Below, in pieces: positions 51,535 through 61,980 of a stretch of 64,000 bases of DNA. The DNA lies in contig JALUTT010000010.1 in the NCBI GenBank assembly GCA_027021705.1, forward strand, positions 1 to 64,000, written 5' to 3'. This DNA is from Anaerolineae bacterium (GTDB taxonomy: Bacteria; Chloroflexota; Anaerolineae; S140-20). The notes below the pieces were generated by a model, which saw only the letters and a list, made by a program, of their open reading frames with translations, had not been told where the DNA came from and did no database searches. Position 1 is the first letter of the stretch. The number at the start of each line of letters is the position of its first letter. A program made the position numbers and the translations under genes.

Positions 51535-52875
51535 CTAGGCGTGGTCCCGAACTTGGATGCGCAGGCGGGCGATGCGTTTGCCGTCCATCTCTTCCACCCG
51601 GAACCAGACGTGACGACCGTTGTCGTAGACCTCCACTTCGTCGTGGAGTTGGGGGATGCGCCCCAGTTGGCCCATGACGAAGCCGGCGATGGTGTCGTAG
51701 TGGGGGTCGGAGAGGTTCAGGCCCAGGGCGTCGTTGACCTCTTCGATGAGGGCCAGCCCATCCACCTGGTAGCTTCCATCGGAGAGGGGTTGGATCTCCG
51801 GTTCTTGGCGGTCGAAGGCGTCCTGGATGTCCCCCAAGATCTCCTCGACCAGGTCTTCCAGCGTCACCAGGCCGGCGGTGCCTCCGTACTCGTCCAGCAG
51901 GATGGCGATGTGCTGACGGGCACGGCGGAATTCGGCCAGCAGGTCGTCCACCCGGATCGTCTCGGGCAGGAAGAGGGCTTCGCGGGCCAGGTCTCGGAGG
52001 GAGGTGTTTGCTCCTCCTTTGTGGATTACCCGCACCAGGTCCTTGGTGTGCAGGATGCCGATGATGTGGTCCAGGTCCCCTTCGTAGACGGGGAACTTGG
52101 TCAGGAGGGTCTCGGCGGCCAGTTCGACCACTTCATCGAGGGTGGCATCGGCCGAGATGCAGACCATCTCGGTGCGAGGGATCATCACCTGGCGGGCGAC
52201 CATGTTGCCCAGGTCGAAGACGGCGTGGAGCATCTCCCGCTCCTCGGGTTCGATGACGCCGCTCTCCTCGCTCTCCTCGACGATCAGCTTGAGCTCTTCT
52301 ACGGTGTAGATGGCGGAGTGGCCGCCCATGGGCTGCATGCCCAGGGCGCGCAGGATGGCGCTGGATAACCGGTCCAGGACCCAGACGAAGGGGTGGAAGA
52401 GAAGGGTGAAGAGGTACATCGGCCGGGCCGCCAGGATGGCCGCCTGTTCGGGGAACCGGAGGCTGGCGACTTTGGGGACCTGTTCCCCCAGGACGACGTG
52501 GAGGCCGGTGACGATGGTGAGGGAGAGGATGACGGGCAGGGCGGCGAGGACGATGCTCAGGAAGCCGGCGGTCTGTTGGGCCGCTTCGTGGAGCCATGGT
52601 TCCAGCAGTTCGGCGGCGGTGTTCTCCCCCAGGTCACCCAGGGCCAGGCTGACGATGGTGACGCCCACCTGCGCCGCGGCGATCAGCCGGTCTTTGGCTT
52701 CCTGGGATTCCACCCAGTGGCGGACGATGGCGACAGCCCCGTTCCTTTCCTCGGCGAGTTGCTCGATGCGCGTCCGTCGGATGGCGACGACGGCGAACTC
52801 GACGGTGACGAAGAAGGCGTTGAGGCCGATGAGAAAAGCGATGCCCAGAATTTTAAGTAGCAGAGAGCCTTCCAT
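51535..52875 (-). CDS. Hemolysin-family CNNM/CBS/CorC protein
   Basis: NAFFVTVEFA, GEQVPK, DEYGGTAGLVTLED. Confidence 0.93.
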   Translation of the reverse strand: MEGSLLLKILGIAFLIGLNAFFVTVEFAVVAIRRTRIEQLAEERNGAVAIVRHWVESQEAKDRLIAAAQVGVTIVSLALGDLGENTAAELLEPWLHEAAQQTAGFLSIVLAALPVILSLTIVTGLHVVLGEQVPKVASLRFPEQAAILAARPMYLFTLLFHPFVWVLDRLSSAILRALGMQPMGGHSAIYTVEELKLIVEESEESGVIEPEEREMLHAVFDLGNMVARQVMIPRTEMVCISADATLDEVVELAAETLLTKFPVYEGDLDHIIGILHTKDLVRVIHKGGANTSLRDLAREALFLPETIRVDDLLAEFRRARQHIAILLDEYGGTAGLVTLEDLVEEILGDIQDAFDRQEPEIQPLSDGSYQVDGLALIEEVNDALGLNLSDPHYDTIAGFVMGQLGRIPQLHDEVEVYDNGRHVWFRVEEMDGKRIARLRIQVRDHA

Positions 52876-52919
52876 TGGATAAGTTACAGATAAGTTGGGG
52901 GGTGCTACCCCGATGCGTG

Positions 52920-53783
52920 TTACGTGTTGCGCGTTGCGTGTTGCGTCGTGTAGAAGACGGCGGCAGCATAGCCTACGACGGCGTAGTAGTCACCGGTGAC
53001 GTCACCGGAGGTGGCGTAGTGGAGCAGACGGGCTTCGTTGGCCCCCAGGGCCTGGGCGGCGAACATGACGGTGGCCATCGGCCCGCCCCCACAGGCCTGT
53101 CCTTTGCCCGTCTCCAGCACCTCCAGCAGCCCCACAGGGTCGAAGGCGGCGATGCGATCGGTGACGACGGTGTCCAACCGGCGGGCGGTGTTGGCGTCGT
53201 AGTAGTGGGAGAGGTCGGAGCTGGCGATCAAGAGGGCTCTCCTGCCCTGCAGCAGGTCGGCCAAGGCTGCTCCCAGCTCACGGCAGGCGGCCTCCGACTG
53301 ATCGCGCATCATCACCGGGAGCAGGCGGAACTCTCCATCCAGGGCGACCTGGAGGAAGGGGAGCTGGATCTCCAGGGAGTGCTCCTGGTCCTGCCGCACC
53401 CGCCGCAGCCCCACCCGGTGGTCTAATTCCTCCAACAGCTCTGTTGCCACCGGCACCTCTCCCAGCGGCGTCTGATAGCCATCGTGGGCGGTGGTGAAGA
53501 AGGGGGCGAAGCCCAGCCCCCGATGGTCTGGCCCGATGAGGGCGACCACGTCGTAGGTGTTGCCTTCGACCTGGCGATAGGCGTAGCCGGCGACGGGACC
53601 GGAGTAGATGTGGCCGGCATGGGGAGCGACCAGTCCAATCACCCGTCCGGGGACGACCTCCACCTGGGCCTCCCGGATGTAGCTGGCGACGGAGTCACGA
53701 AGTTGCTTCGGTGAACCGGTATACCAGGTCCCTGCGATAGGGGACGGTCTGGGGTCTCGGACGGCGGTCTTCACGACACTCAT
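52920..53783 (-). CDS. amrB: Memo-family protein (AmmeMemoRadiSam protein B)
   Basis: PHAGHIYSG, EHSLEIQLPFL, SSDLSHY, ACG, VVGY. Confidence 0.9.
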   Translation of the reverse strand: MSVVKTAVRDPRPSPIAGTWYTGSPKQLRDSVASYIREAQVEVVPGRVIGLVAPHAGHIYSGPVAGYAYRQVEGNTYDVVALIGPDHRGLGFAPFFTTAHDGYQTPLGEVPVATELLEELDHRVGLRRVRQDQEHSLEIQLPFLQVALDGEFRLLPVMMRDQSEAACRELGAALADLLQGRRALLIASSDLSHYYDANTARRLDTVVTDRIAAFDPVGLLEVLETGKGQACGGGPMATVMFAAQALGANEARLLHYATSGDVTGDYYAVVGYAAAVFYTTQHATRNT

Positions 53784-53810
53784 TGCAACACCTCCTACGT
53801 TCCAACCGGC

Positions 53811-54431
53811 CTACAACCGGACGATCCGTGGTTTCACCCGACAGTGTTCCGCCGTGATGATAGCCAGAATCTGATCTACGGCTTTGTCCAATTCCCCCGT
53901 TCGGTTGACGACCACGTAGTCGAACTCGGGCAGCCGCCGCATCTCCTGACGGGAGGTGGCGATGCGGAGCTTGAGTTGGTCAGGAGGCTCCGTCTTGCGG
54001 GCTTGGAGGCGGGCGATCAGTTCTTCTTCCGAAGGGGCCGTGACGAAGATGAGGACCGCCTCGGGGATGAGGCGACGGATGGTGGCGGCTCCCTGGACGT
54101 CTATGCGGAGGATCACGTCCTTGCCGCTGGCCAGGGCCTGGCGCACCTGCTCTTTGGGGATGCCTTTGTAATCTCCATATACGACGGCGTACTCCAGGAG
54201 CTGATCCTCCTCGATCATCTGGGCGAATTCGTCGGTGGAGACGAAGAAATAATCGCGACCGTGGACTTCCCCCTCGCGTTGGGGACGGGTGGTGGCCGTG
54301 ACGACGAAGTGGAAGGGATAGCCTAGCTCCTTCATCCGGGCGATGAGCCGGTCCTTGCCGGCGCCCGAGGGGCCGGAGATGACGATGAGCAGCGGATAGG
54401 TGGGGAAGTGGTAGAGGTCCTCAGTCTCCAC
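53811..54431 (-). CDS. gmk: Guanylate kinase
   Basis: SGPSGAGK, TTRPQREGE..GRDYFFV, IDVQGA. Confidence 0.96.
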   Translation of the reverse strand: METEDLYHFPTYPLLIVISGPSGAGKDRLIARMKELGYPFHFVVTATTRPQREGEVHGRDYFFVSTDEFAQMIEEDQLLEYAVVYGDYKGIPKEQVRQALASGKDVILRIDVQGAATIRRLIPEAVLIFVTAPSEEELIARLQARKTEPPDQLKLRIATSRQEMRRLPEFDYVVVNRTGELDKAVDQILAIITAEHCRVKPRIVRL

Positions 54432-54448
54432 AGACGGGTTCCCTTTGG

Positions 54449-54477
54449 TTGCTCCAGTGCCTTGCTTCGGGTATAAT
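54449..54477 (+). promoter_or_regulatory. Sigma70 promoter
   Basis: TTGCTC-17 bp-TATAAT. Confidence 0.6.
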
Positions 54478-54596
54478 CTAGAGAAAACCTCGCTTCTGAC
54501 CCTCTCGCGGGCCTCTGAGGCCGTGGGCCGGCCTCCCCGGTGCTCGATGAGACCTCGGAGAACCTGCGGGAGGGTTCAATGGTCAGGAGGAGAACG

Positions 54597-55001
54597 ATGC
54601 CCATCTACGAGTATCGCTGTCTTGACTGTGGTCGCAAGCTCTCCGTTTTCTGGCGCAGCCGACACGATGTGAAGCCGGTGAGCTGTCGCCGCTGTGGGAG
54701 CGATCGCCTGGTCCGCATGGTCTCTCGGGTGCGCCTGATGCGCTCGGAAGAGAGCCGGCTGGACGATCTGGCCGATGAAGCGATGCTGGCCGACCTGGAT
54801 GAGAACGACCCCCGCAGCCTGGGGCGCTGGATGCGCCGGATGAGCCAGGAACTGGGGGAGGACCTGGGGCCGGAGTTCGACGAGATCGTGGGCCGGCTGG
54901 AGGCGGGCGAGAGCCCTGAGGAGATCGAGAAGTCCATGCCGGAACTGGCCGACTGGGCCGATGGAGGCGAGGACTTCGTCGGTGGGAGCGAGTTCGATTG
55001 A
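54597..55001 (+). CDS. FmdB-family zinc-ribbon protein
   Basis: MPIYEYRCLDCG..CRRCGS; AGGAGG RBS. Confidence 0.9.
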   Translation: MPIYEYRCLDCGRKLSVFWRSRHDVKPVSCRRCGSDRLVRMVSRVRLMRSEESRLDDLADEAMLADLDENDPRSLGRWMRRMSQELGEDLGPEFDEIVGRLEAGESPEEIEKSMPELADWADGGEDFVGGSEFD

Positions 55002-55012
55002 GCGAACCCCTC

Positions 55013-55267
55013 TCCCGTAGGAGGGCTTTTCAAGCCCGACCTGTCGGCCCTGGAAGGGCCTCCTACGAGCCTTCCCGTAGGAGGGCTTTTCAAGCCCGAC
55101 CTGTCGGCCCTGGAAGGGCCTCCTACGAGCCTTCCCGTCGGAGGGCTTTTCAAGCCTGACCCGTCGGCCCTGGAAGGGCCTCCTACGAGCTTCCCGTAGG
55201 AGGGCTTTTCAAGCCCGACCTGTCGGCCTTGGAAGGACCTCCTATCGGCCCTGGAAGGGCCTCCTAC
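55013..55267. repeat. Tandem array of GTAG-type REP doublets (60-bp unit, four copies plus a partial)
   Basis: GTAGGAGGGCTTTTCAAGCCCGAC-CT-GTCGGCCCTGGAAGGGCCTCCTAC. Confidence 0.9.
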
Positions 55268-55908
55268 GCCGTCTCCCGCTCTAACAAGGGCACGACGGCC
55301 TTCCAGATGTCGGTCTGCACCGCCTCGATGGGGCGATCGGCATCCAGCACTCGCCATCGTCCCGGTTCTGCTGCTGCCAGGGCGAGGTACCCTGCCCGCA
55401 CCCGTTGGTGAAAGGCTACCTCCTCTTGGTCTAACCGGTTCCACTCCCCTTCGCCCCGTTGGAGGGCCTCCCGTTTGCGTGCCAGTCCCTTCTCGACCGG
55501 CAGGTCCAGGTAAAGCGTCAGGTGAGGTTTTAACCCGCCGGTGGCGAAGTCCATCATCCTCCGTAGCGTCTCCAGATCCAGCCCGCGACCGTATCCCTGG
55601 TAGGCGAGGGTGCTGTCGGTGTAGCGGTCGCAGAGGACGATGGTGCCTCGTGCCAGGGCCGGGCGGATGACCTCGGCGACCAGTTGGGCTCGGGAGGCGG
55701 CGTAGAGCAGGACCTCGGTTCGGGGGTCCATCGCCCGGTTGCGGAGGTCGTGGAGCACGGCCCGAATCTGGTCGCCGATGGCGGTACCGCCAGGTTCACG
55801 GGTGGTGAGGACGGGCTGGCCGGCCTGGCGTAGCCGGTCGGCCAGCCGTTGGATCTGCGTCGTCTTCCCACTCCCCTCGGGGCCTTCGAAGGTGATGAAA
55901 AGGCCCAT
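55264..55908 (-). CDS. tmk: Thymidylate kinase
   Basis: FITFEGPEGSGKTTQ, TREPGG, CDRY..ST.AYQG. Confidence 0.96.
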   Translation of the reverse strand: MGLFITFEGPEGSGKTTQIQRLADRLRQAGQPVLTTREPGGTAIGDQIRAVLHDLRNRAMDPRTEVLLYAASRAQLVAEVIRPALARGTIVLCDRYTDSTLAYQGYGRGLDLETLRRMMDFATGGLKPHLTLYLDLPVEKGLARKREALQRGEGEWNRLDQEEVAFHQRVRAGYLALAAAEPGRWRVLDADRPIEAVQTDIWKAVVPLLERETA

Positions 55909-55927
55909 TCCATCGCTGGTGCTGGGG

Positions 55928-56395
55928 CTAGCTGGCCTGCACGGCCAGGTAGTTCTGGAGACCCATCTGCTCGATCTGGTCGAGTTGGGCCTCAAGCCAG
56001 TCCACGTGGGCTTCCTCGTCCTGGAGGATGGATTCGAGAAGCTCCCGGGTCCCGTTGTCGCCGACCTCGGTGGCCAGCCGGATGCCTTCGTTGTACGCTC
56101 TCACGGCACCCTCTTCGGCCGCCAGATCGTGCCTGTACTGGGCTTCGACGTCGGGGCCGATGGTGACCTCGTTCAGCCGGGTGACGATGGGCGTTCCTTC
56201 CAGGAAGAGGATGCGTTCGATCAGCTTTTCCGCGTGCTTCATCTCCTGGACGGCCCGCTTCTCAATCGCCTGATGGAGCCGTTCGTACCCCCAGTTGGCG
56301 CACATCTCCGAGTGTACGATGTACTGGTTGATGGCGGTCAGTTCGTCGGCCAAGAGGGCGTTCAGCGTTTCGATGAGTTTCTGGTCCCCTTTCAT
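55928..56395 (-). CDS. bfr: Bacterioferritin
   Basis: MKGD..ELTAINQY..H, EMKHA, DEEAH. Confidence 0.96.
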   Translation of the reverse strand: MKGDQKLIETLNALLADELTAINQYIVHSEMCANWGYERLHQAIEKRAVQEMKHAEKLIERILFLEGTPIVTRLNEVTIGPDVEAQYRHDLAAEEGAVRAYNEGIRLATEVGDNGTRELLESILQDEEAHVDWLEAQLDQIEQMGLQNYLAVQAS

Positions 56396-56452
56396 ACTTC
56401 CTCCTTCAGACAGAGTTCACGCTTTGCGTCTTACGTTTCATACCTCCACCGC

Positions 56453-58066
<1,614 letters not shown>

Positions 58067-58187
58067 CTGATTTTTCTTCTACCCTCCTCTGCGTGGTTCT
58101 TGGTTAGTCTGGGAACCGGCTCTTCTCGTCGGTCCTCCTCGATCGGCATAACAACCGCTCTGGTCCGGTCGTCCGTTCAATGGCCGT

Positions 58188-59114
58188 TCAATGGATGGAG
58201 ACCGAGGGCGTGCTCATCTCGGTGGGCGTCTCCAGCCCCAGGGTGTGGGCCCAGGCGGGCTCGACAATCCGGGCGACGGTGTGCCGGACCAGGACGGCAG
58301 TGGTCAGCAGCGGCTCGAAGCCGGCCTGGCGCAGGGCTCCATCCAGCCCCCCCTGATAGCGGCGCACCCGACAGTAGATGGGCCGGTCCGGTGCGTTGCG
58401 CAGCGCAGCTAGCCCATGGGCCAGCAGGAGGTCCACGTAGCGATCGGCCTGGGGGTGGAGCATCAGGTAGAGGGCGTGGCCCAACCGGCCCCGGCGCACG
58501 GCCAGGTGGGCGATGATCTCCTGTCCTTGCTCCAGCACCAGGGCGTCGTGCCAGCGGTCGGGCTGAAGGCCGTTCCACGTTCCCTCGGCCTGGCGGACGA
58601 GGGGGGGGACCAAGTTGATGTAGAAGCTGCGCACGGCCCATCGGTCGGCAGCCCGGTAGGGACGCAGGCCGGGCAGCCTCCTGGCCTGGAGACCGACAGA
58701 GGGACGGTCCAGGCGGTAGATTTGCTGGTAGGTGTAGAGGGCAAAGCCGGCCCGTTGCAGGTGCTCTATGACTTCTCCGCCCTCCGGGGCTTCCACCACC
58801 AGTCGGTGGGCTCCGCGCCGTCCCAGGTAGGCCACGATCCCCTCTAGGAGGGGCAGCCAGTCCTCCTGGGTGCTGACGCTCAGGTAGCAGAGATGGGCCC
58901 GGCTGGCGCCAGGCTGATGGGTGAGCTGGGCGAAGGCCCGCCGAGGCAGGACCAGGGTCTGCATCCCCCAGCTACCCAGCGTCAGGTAGCCGATCAGCGC
59001 CTGGCGGAGAGGGGAGACCCCCTCCAGCAAGGCTCGCTCGTAATCCAGCACGTGACCGTGATCCCGTAGTCGTCGGACCAGGTCCAGATCACGCCAGTCG
59101 AAAGGTCGAATCAT
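58188..59114 (-). CDS. Hypothetical protein, tandem GNAT-like fold
   Basis: IRPF...LQRAGF and LRPY...LRQAGF duplicated motifs. Confidence 0.75.
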   Translation of the reverse strand: MIRPFDWRDLDLVRRLRDHGHVLDYERALLEGVSPLRQALIGYLTLGSWGMQTLVLPRRAFAQLTHQPGASRAHLCYLSVSTQEDWLPLLEGIVAYLGRRGAHRLVVEAPEGGEVIEHLQRAGFALYTYQQIYRLDRPSVGLQARRLPGLRPYRAADRWAVRSFYINLVPPLVRQAEGTWNGLQPDRWHDALVLEQGQEIIAHLAVRRGRLGHALYLMLHPQADRYVDLLLAHGLAALRNAPDRPIYCRVRRYQGGLDGALRQAGFEPLLTTAVLVRHTVARIVEPAWAHTLGLETPTEMSTPSVSIH

Positions 59115-59180
59115 CACCCTGGTTCCATCCGCCTTTGGTCCTGCTTCGGATTGGGAGCGTGACCAAACGCATGCGGAACG

Positions 59181-59300
59181 TTTCAGCTCTCGTACCCTCC
59201 CGCAGGTCACCGGTCGAGGGCGCTTTCAGCCCCGATGGGCTATTTGAAGCACAGTTTCGCGTCGGAAACGCGCCTAGCCTGCGGGAGGGTGAACAGTTAC
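59181..59300 (-). repeat. Family A element, copy 2 (in 5' UTR)
   Basis: Near-identical to 12374-12494; promoter TTGTCG-17-TACAAT at 59343-59315 directly upstream. Confidence 0.9.
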
Positions 59301-59356
59301 CAGCTACTTATGGTATTGTACACCGGTTAATCGTCCACGACAAGTAAGGAAAACCC

Positions 59357-59508
59357 GGTGATTACCCATATCTTTGGAGATAGGGAGACTAACCGTCCAC
59401 GAATGGGGCACGAAACATGAATTAAGGACCGCCTCATTCGTGCATTTGTGAGAAATTCGTGGACGGCCTGCTACGGACCACTCTCTCGCTCACTTGTGGG
59501 TAATCACC
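59357..59508 (+). mobile_element. Family B MITE-like repeat, longest copy (152 bp)
   Basis: IRs GGTGATTACCCA / TGGGTAATCACC; inner IR CCGTCCACGAAT / ATTCGTGGACGG; AGGAAAA on both flanks. Confidence 0.85.
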
Positions 59509-59581
59509 GCAGGAAAAGGACCGGCATCGGGTGCCGGTCCTTCGGTGCGGCCATGTCCATCGCTCTTCGCCTCTCAATCCC

Positions 59582-61039
59582 TCAGCCGGCCTGGTGGGCC
59601 GGTTCCCGCCGGGGCGGACGCGGCGTCGCCGGCGGACCACCCCGGTGGATGCCATCCCGATTTAGCCCCAGCTTGCGCATTATCCGCTCCCAGGTGAACC
59701 GCTCCCGCTGGGCCCGTACCCACCGCTTGAGGGCGTTGATCGGCTTCCGTCGCTGGCTCTCCTGGAGCGCCCACTTGAGGAACTCGTAATCCTGCCCCTT
59801 GATCTTCGGCTCCGTGGGGTTGCGCCGATAGCTGTCGTAGTCGGTGATGCGGCTCAAATCGTGCTCCACCACGTAGTCGTAGAGGTCTGTGCCCGGGTGC
59901 GGGGTGTAGAAGGCGGGGCTGTAGTAGTCGGGGTCAATCTCCTTCATCATCCGCACCGTGTCCATAACCTCTTCTTTCGTCTCCGTGGGGATCCCCAGCA
60001 TGTAGTTGGCCCAGATGGTGATCCCCTTCTCCTTGCAGATGCGGGCTGCCTCCAGGTTCTGCTCCACCGTCGTCCCCTTGCGCAATAGGTTGAGGATGCG
60101 CTGGTTGCCGCTCTCGAAGCCGATGAAGTAGCCCTTTAGCCCCGCCTCCACCATCCGGTCCACCATATCCTCGTGGCGGACGATGATGTCGGCCCGGCTC
60201 TGGCAGAAGAAGGGCTGGGTGAACCCTTCCTCCTGGTAGCGGCGGGTGAACTCGATGACCCAGTCCCGGTCCTCGGTCAGGCAGTCATCGTGGAACATGA
60301 AGCTGGCGAAGTGGTAGCGGTCGCGCAGCATCTTCAGTTCCTCGATGACGTTCTCGACGGAGCGGCGGCGGGTGCGCTTGCCGAAGATGTAATCCTCGCC
60401 GGGCTTGCAGAAGGAGCAGTTGTAGTTGCAGCCTCGGCCGGCGATGATGGTCACGAAGGGGGGTGGGAGTTCCTTGACGAAGGGGACCTCCGGCGAATCC
60501 AGGTCGTAGCCGAACTTGCGCCACTCTTCCAGGAAGAGGTCTCGGTCGGCAAAGGGGATGGCATCCAGGTCGGGCGTCTTCCCCCGGATGATCCTCCGGT
60601 CGGGGGGACGGCCCATCTCGATGGCCTTAAGCATCTCCGGGAAGGTGATCTCCGCCTCGTGGGTCACCAGGTAGTCCACGTGGGGGATGCGCATTGAGTC
60701 TTCCAGGGCCAGGGTGACGTGGGGGCCTCCCACGATGGTGATGATGTCAGGGCGGTACTCCTTGACGATTTGGCAGGCGATGCGGACGGGGTTGTAGTCC
60801 ACGCTCATCATCGTCAGGCCGACGACGTCCGGCCGGCGCTCGGCCAGCACATCCCGGAAGTGGTCCCAGCTCTGGAGGGCTCGTAGGTCAATCAGGTCTA
60901 TCTCGAACCCTTCGGCCTTGGCCGCCGCGCTGAGGGAGGCCAGGCCGTGGGAGATCCAACCGGCGTCCATCCCCTGTTTCAGGGAGTTGAACCCACGCCC
61001 GGCGATGCCGGGGTAGATGAGGGTCGTCTTGAGGTTCAC
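59582..61039 (-). CDS. B12-binding radical SAM protein
   Basis: IVGGPH, RGCNYNCSFC, GFESGNQRIL; GTG start with GGAGG RBS. Confidence 0.92.
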   Translation of the reverse strand: MNLKTTLIYPGIAGRGFNSLKQGMDAGWISHGLASLSAAAKAEGFEIDLIDLRALQSWDHFRDVLAERRPDVVGLTMMSVDYNPVRIACQIVKEYRPDIITIVGGPHVTLALEDSMRIPHVDYLVTHEAEITFPEMLKAIEMGRPPDRRIIRGKTPDLDAIPFADRDLFLEEWRKFGYDLDSPEVPFVKELPPPFVTIIAGRGCNYNCSFCKPGEDYIFGKRTRRRSVENVIEELKMLRDRYHFASFMFHDDCLTEDRDWVIEFTRRYQEEGFTQPFFCQSRADIIVRHEDMVDRMVEAGLKGYFIGFESGNQRILNLLRKGTTVEQNLEAARICKEKGITIWANYMLGIPTETKEEVMDTVRMMKEIDPDYYSPAFYTPHPGTDLYDYVVEHDLSRITDYDSYRRNPTEPKIKGQDYEFLKWALQESQRRKPINALKRWVRAQRERFTWERIMRKLGLNRDGIHRGGPPATPRPPRREPAHQAG

Positions 61040-61114
61040 CGTTCTCCTCCTGAAGGTGTGGGGCTGCTCCAAGGCATTGGAACCGGGATCACGACGAGAG
61101 GATGCCGGGGGAGT

Positions 61115-61753
61115 TCAGGAGAGAGGGGAGGCTGAAGGCGTGATCCGGTAGGTGCAACGGTCGTCCCCCCGTACCACCCAGGTCAGTTGGGTGGGAGAGA
61201 TGCCCAAGAGTCGGGTGAGGAGGGCTTCGTCCATCGCGCAGACCTCCGGGTGCTCGCGGGCAACCCGATGGTAGGGGCAGTTGTGGGTGTAGAGGTAGTA
61301 GCTCCCGTTGTCCCCTTCCTCCCAGTGGGCGATGTAGCCCCTGTCTGTGAGGAACTCGGCGACGGCCTTGAGCCGTTCGCTCAGGGGAGCGTCGGGGGAA
61401 GGGGCGGGAGCATCGGCAGCGATGCCGTCGGCCATCCCCTCCATCAGGGCGTGTAGTTCCTCGCTGCTCAGGTGGTCCCGGATCTGGGCGATCATCAGGG
61501 AAGCCAGGCGCTGGTAGTCCTTGGGGAAGTGCTCTGAGGCCGCTTCGGTCAAGGTGTAGACGTACTGGGGACGTCCCGGGGCCCGCCGTCGCCGCACCGT
61601 CGGCGCTTCCACCAGCCCCCGGCCCTGCAGGATCTCCAGGTGGTGGCGCACCGTGACGGAAGTCAGCCCTAGGGCCTGGCTCAGTTCCTCGACCGTCGCC
61701 TCACCTCGCTCCTTCAAGATCTCCAGGATCCGCTGGCGGGTTGCCTGCATCAC
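61115..61753 (-). CDS. HTH regulator, SufR-like
   Basis: TVRHHLEIL, GRPQYVYTLT, HNCPY..C..C. Confidence 0.82.
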   Translation of the reverse strand: MMQATRQRILEILKERGEATVEELSQALGLTSVTVRHHLEILQGRGLVEAPTVRRRRAPGRPQYVYTLTEAASEHFPKDYQRLASLMIAQIRDHLSSEELHALMEGMADGIAADAPAPSPDAPLSERLKAVAEFLTDRGYIAHWEEGDNGSYYLYTHNCPYHRVAREHPEVCAMDEALLTRLLGISPTQLTWVVRGDDRCTYRITPSASPLS

Positions 61754-61777
61754 TTCTCACCCTCTGTAGCTCTGCAT

Positions 61778-61897
61778 TTCAGTTCAGCCTACCCTCCCGC
61801 AGGTCACCGGTGGAGGGCGCTTTCAGCCCCGATGGGCTATTGGAAGCACGGTTTCGCGTCGGAAACGCGCCTAACCTGCGGGAGGGTGAACCGTTAC
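61778..61897 (-). repeat. Family A element, copy 3 (in 5' UTR)
   Basis: Near-identical to other copies; promoter TTGACA-17-TACAAT at 61950-61922 upstream. Confidence 0.9.
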
Positions 61898-61980
61898 GCA
61901 TTTCACCGGGTTACACCACACATTGTAGCATAGGCTGCCCCATTTGTCAAATAGTGCTCATCTTAATTTCCTTATCTGCC

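Noticed and set aside
55013..55267. CRISPR array
   Set aside because: Units are wholly repeated with no unique spacers
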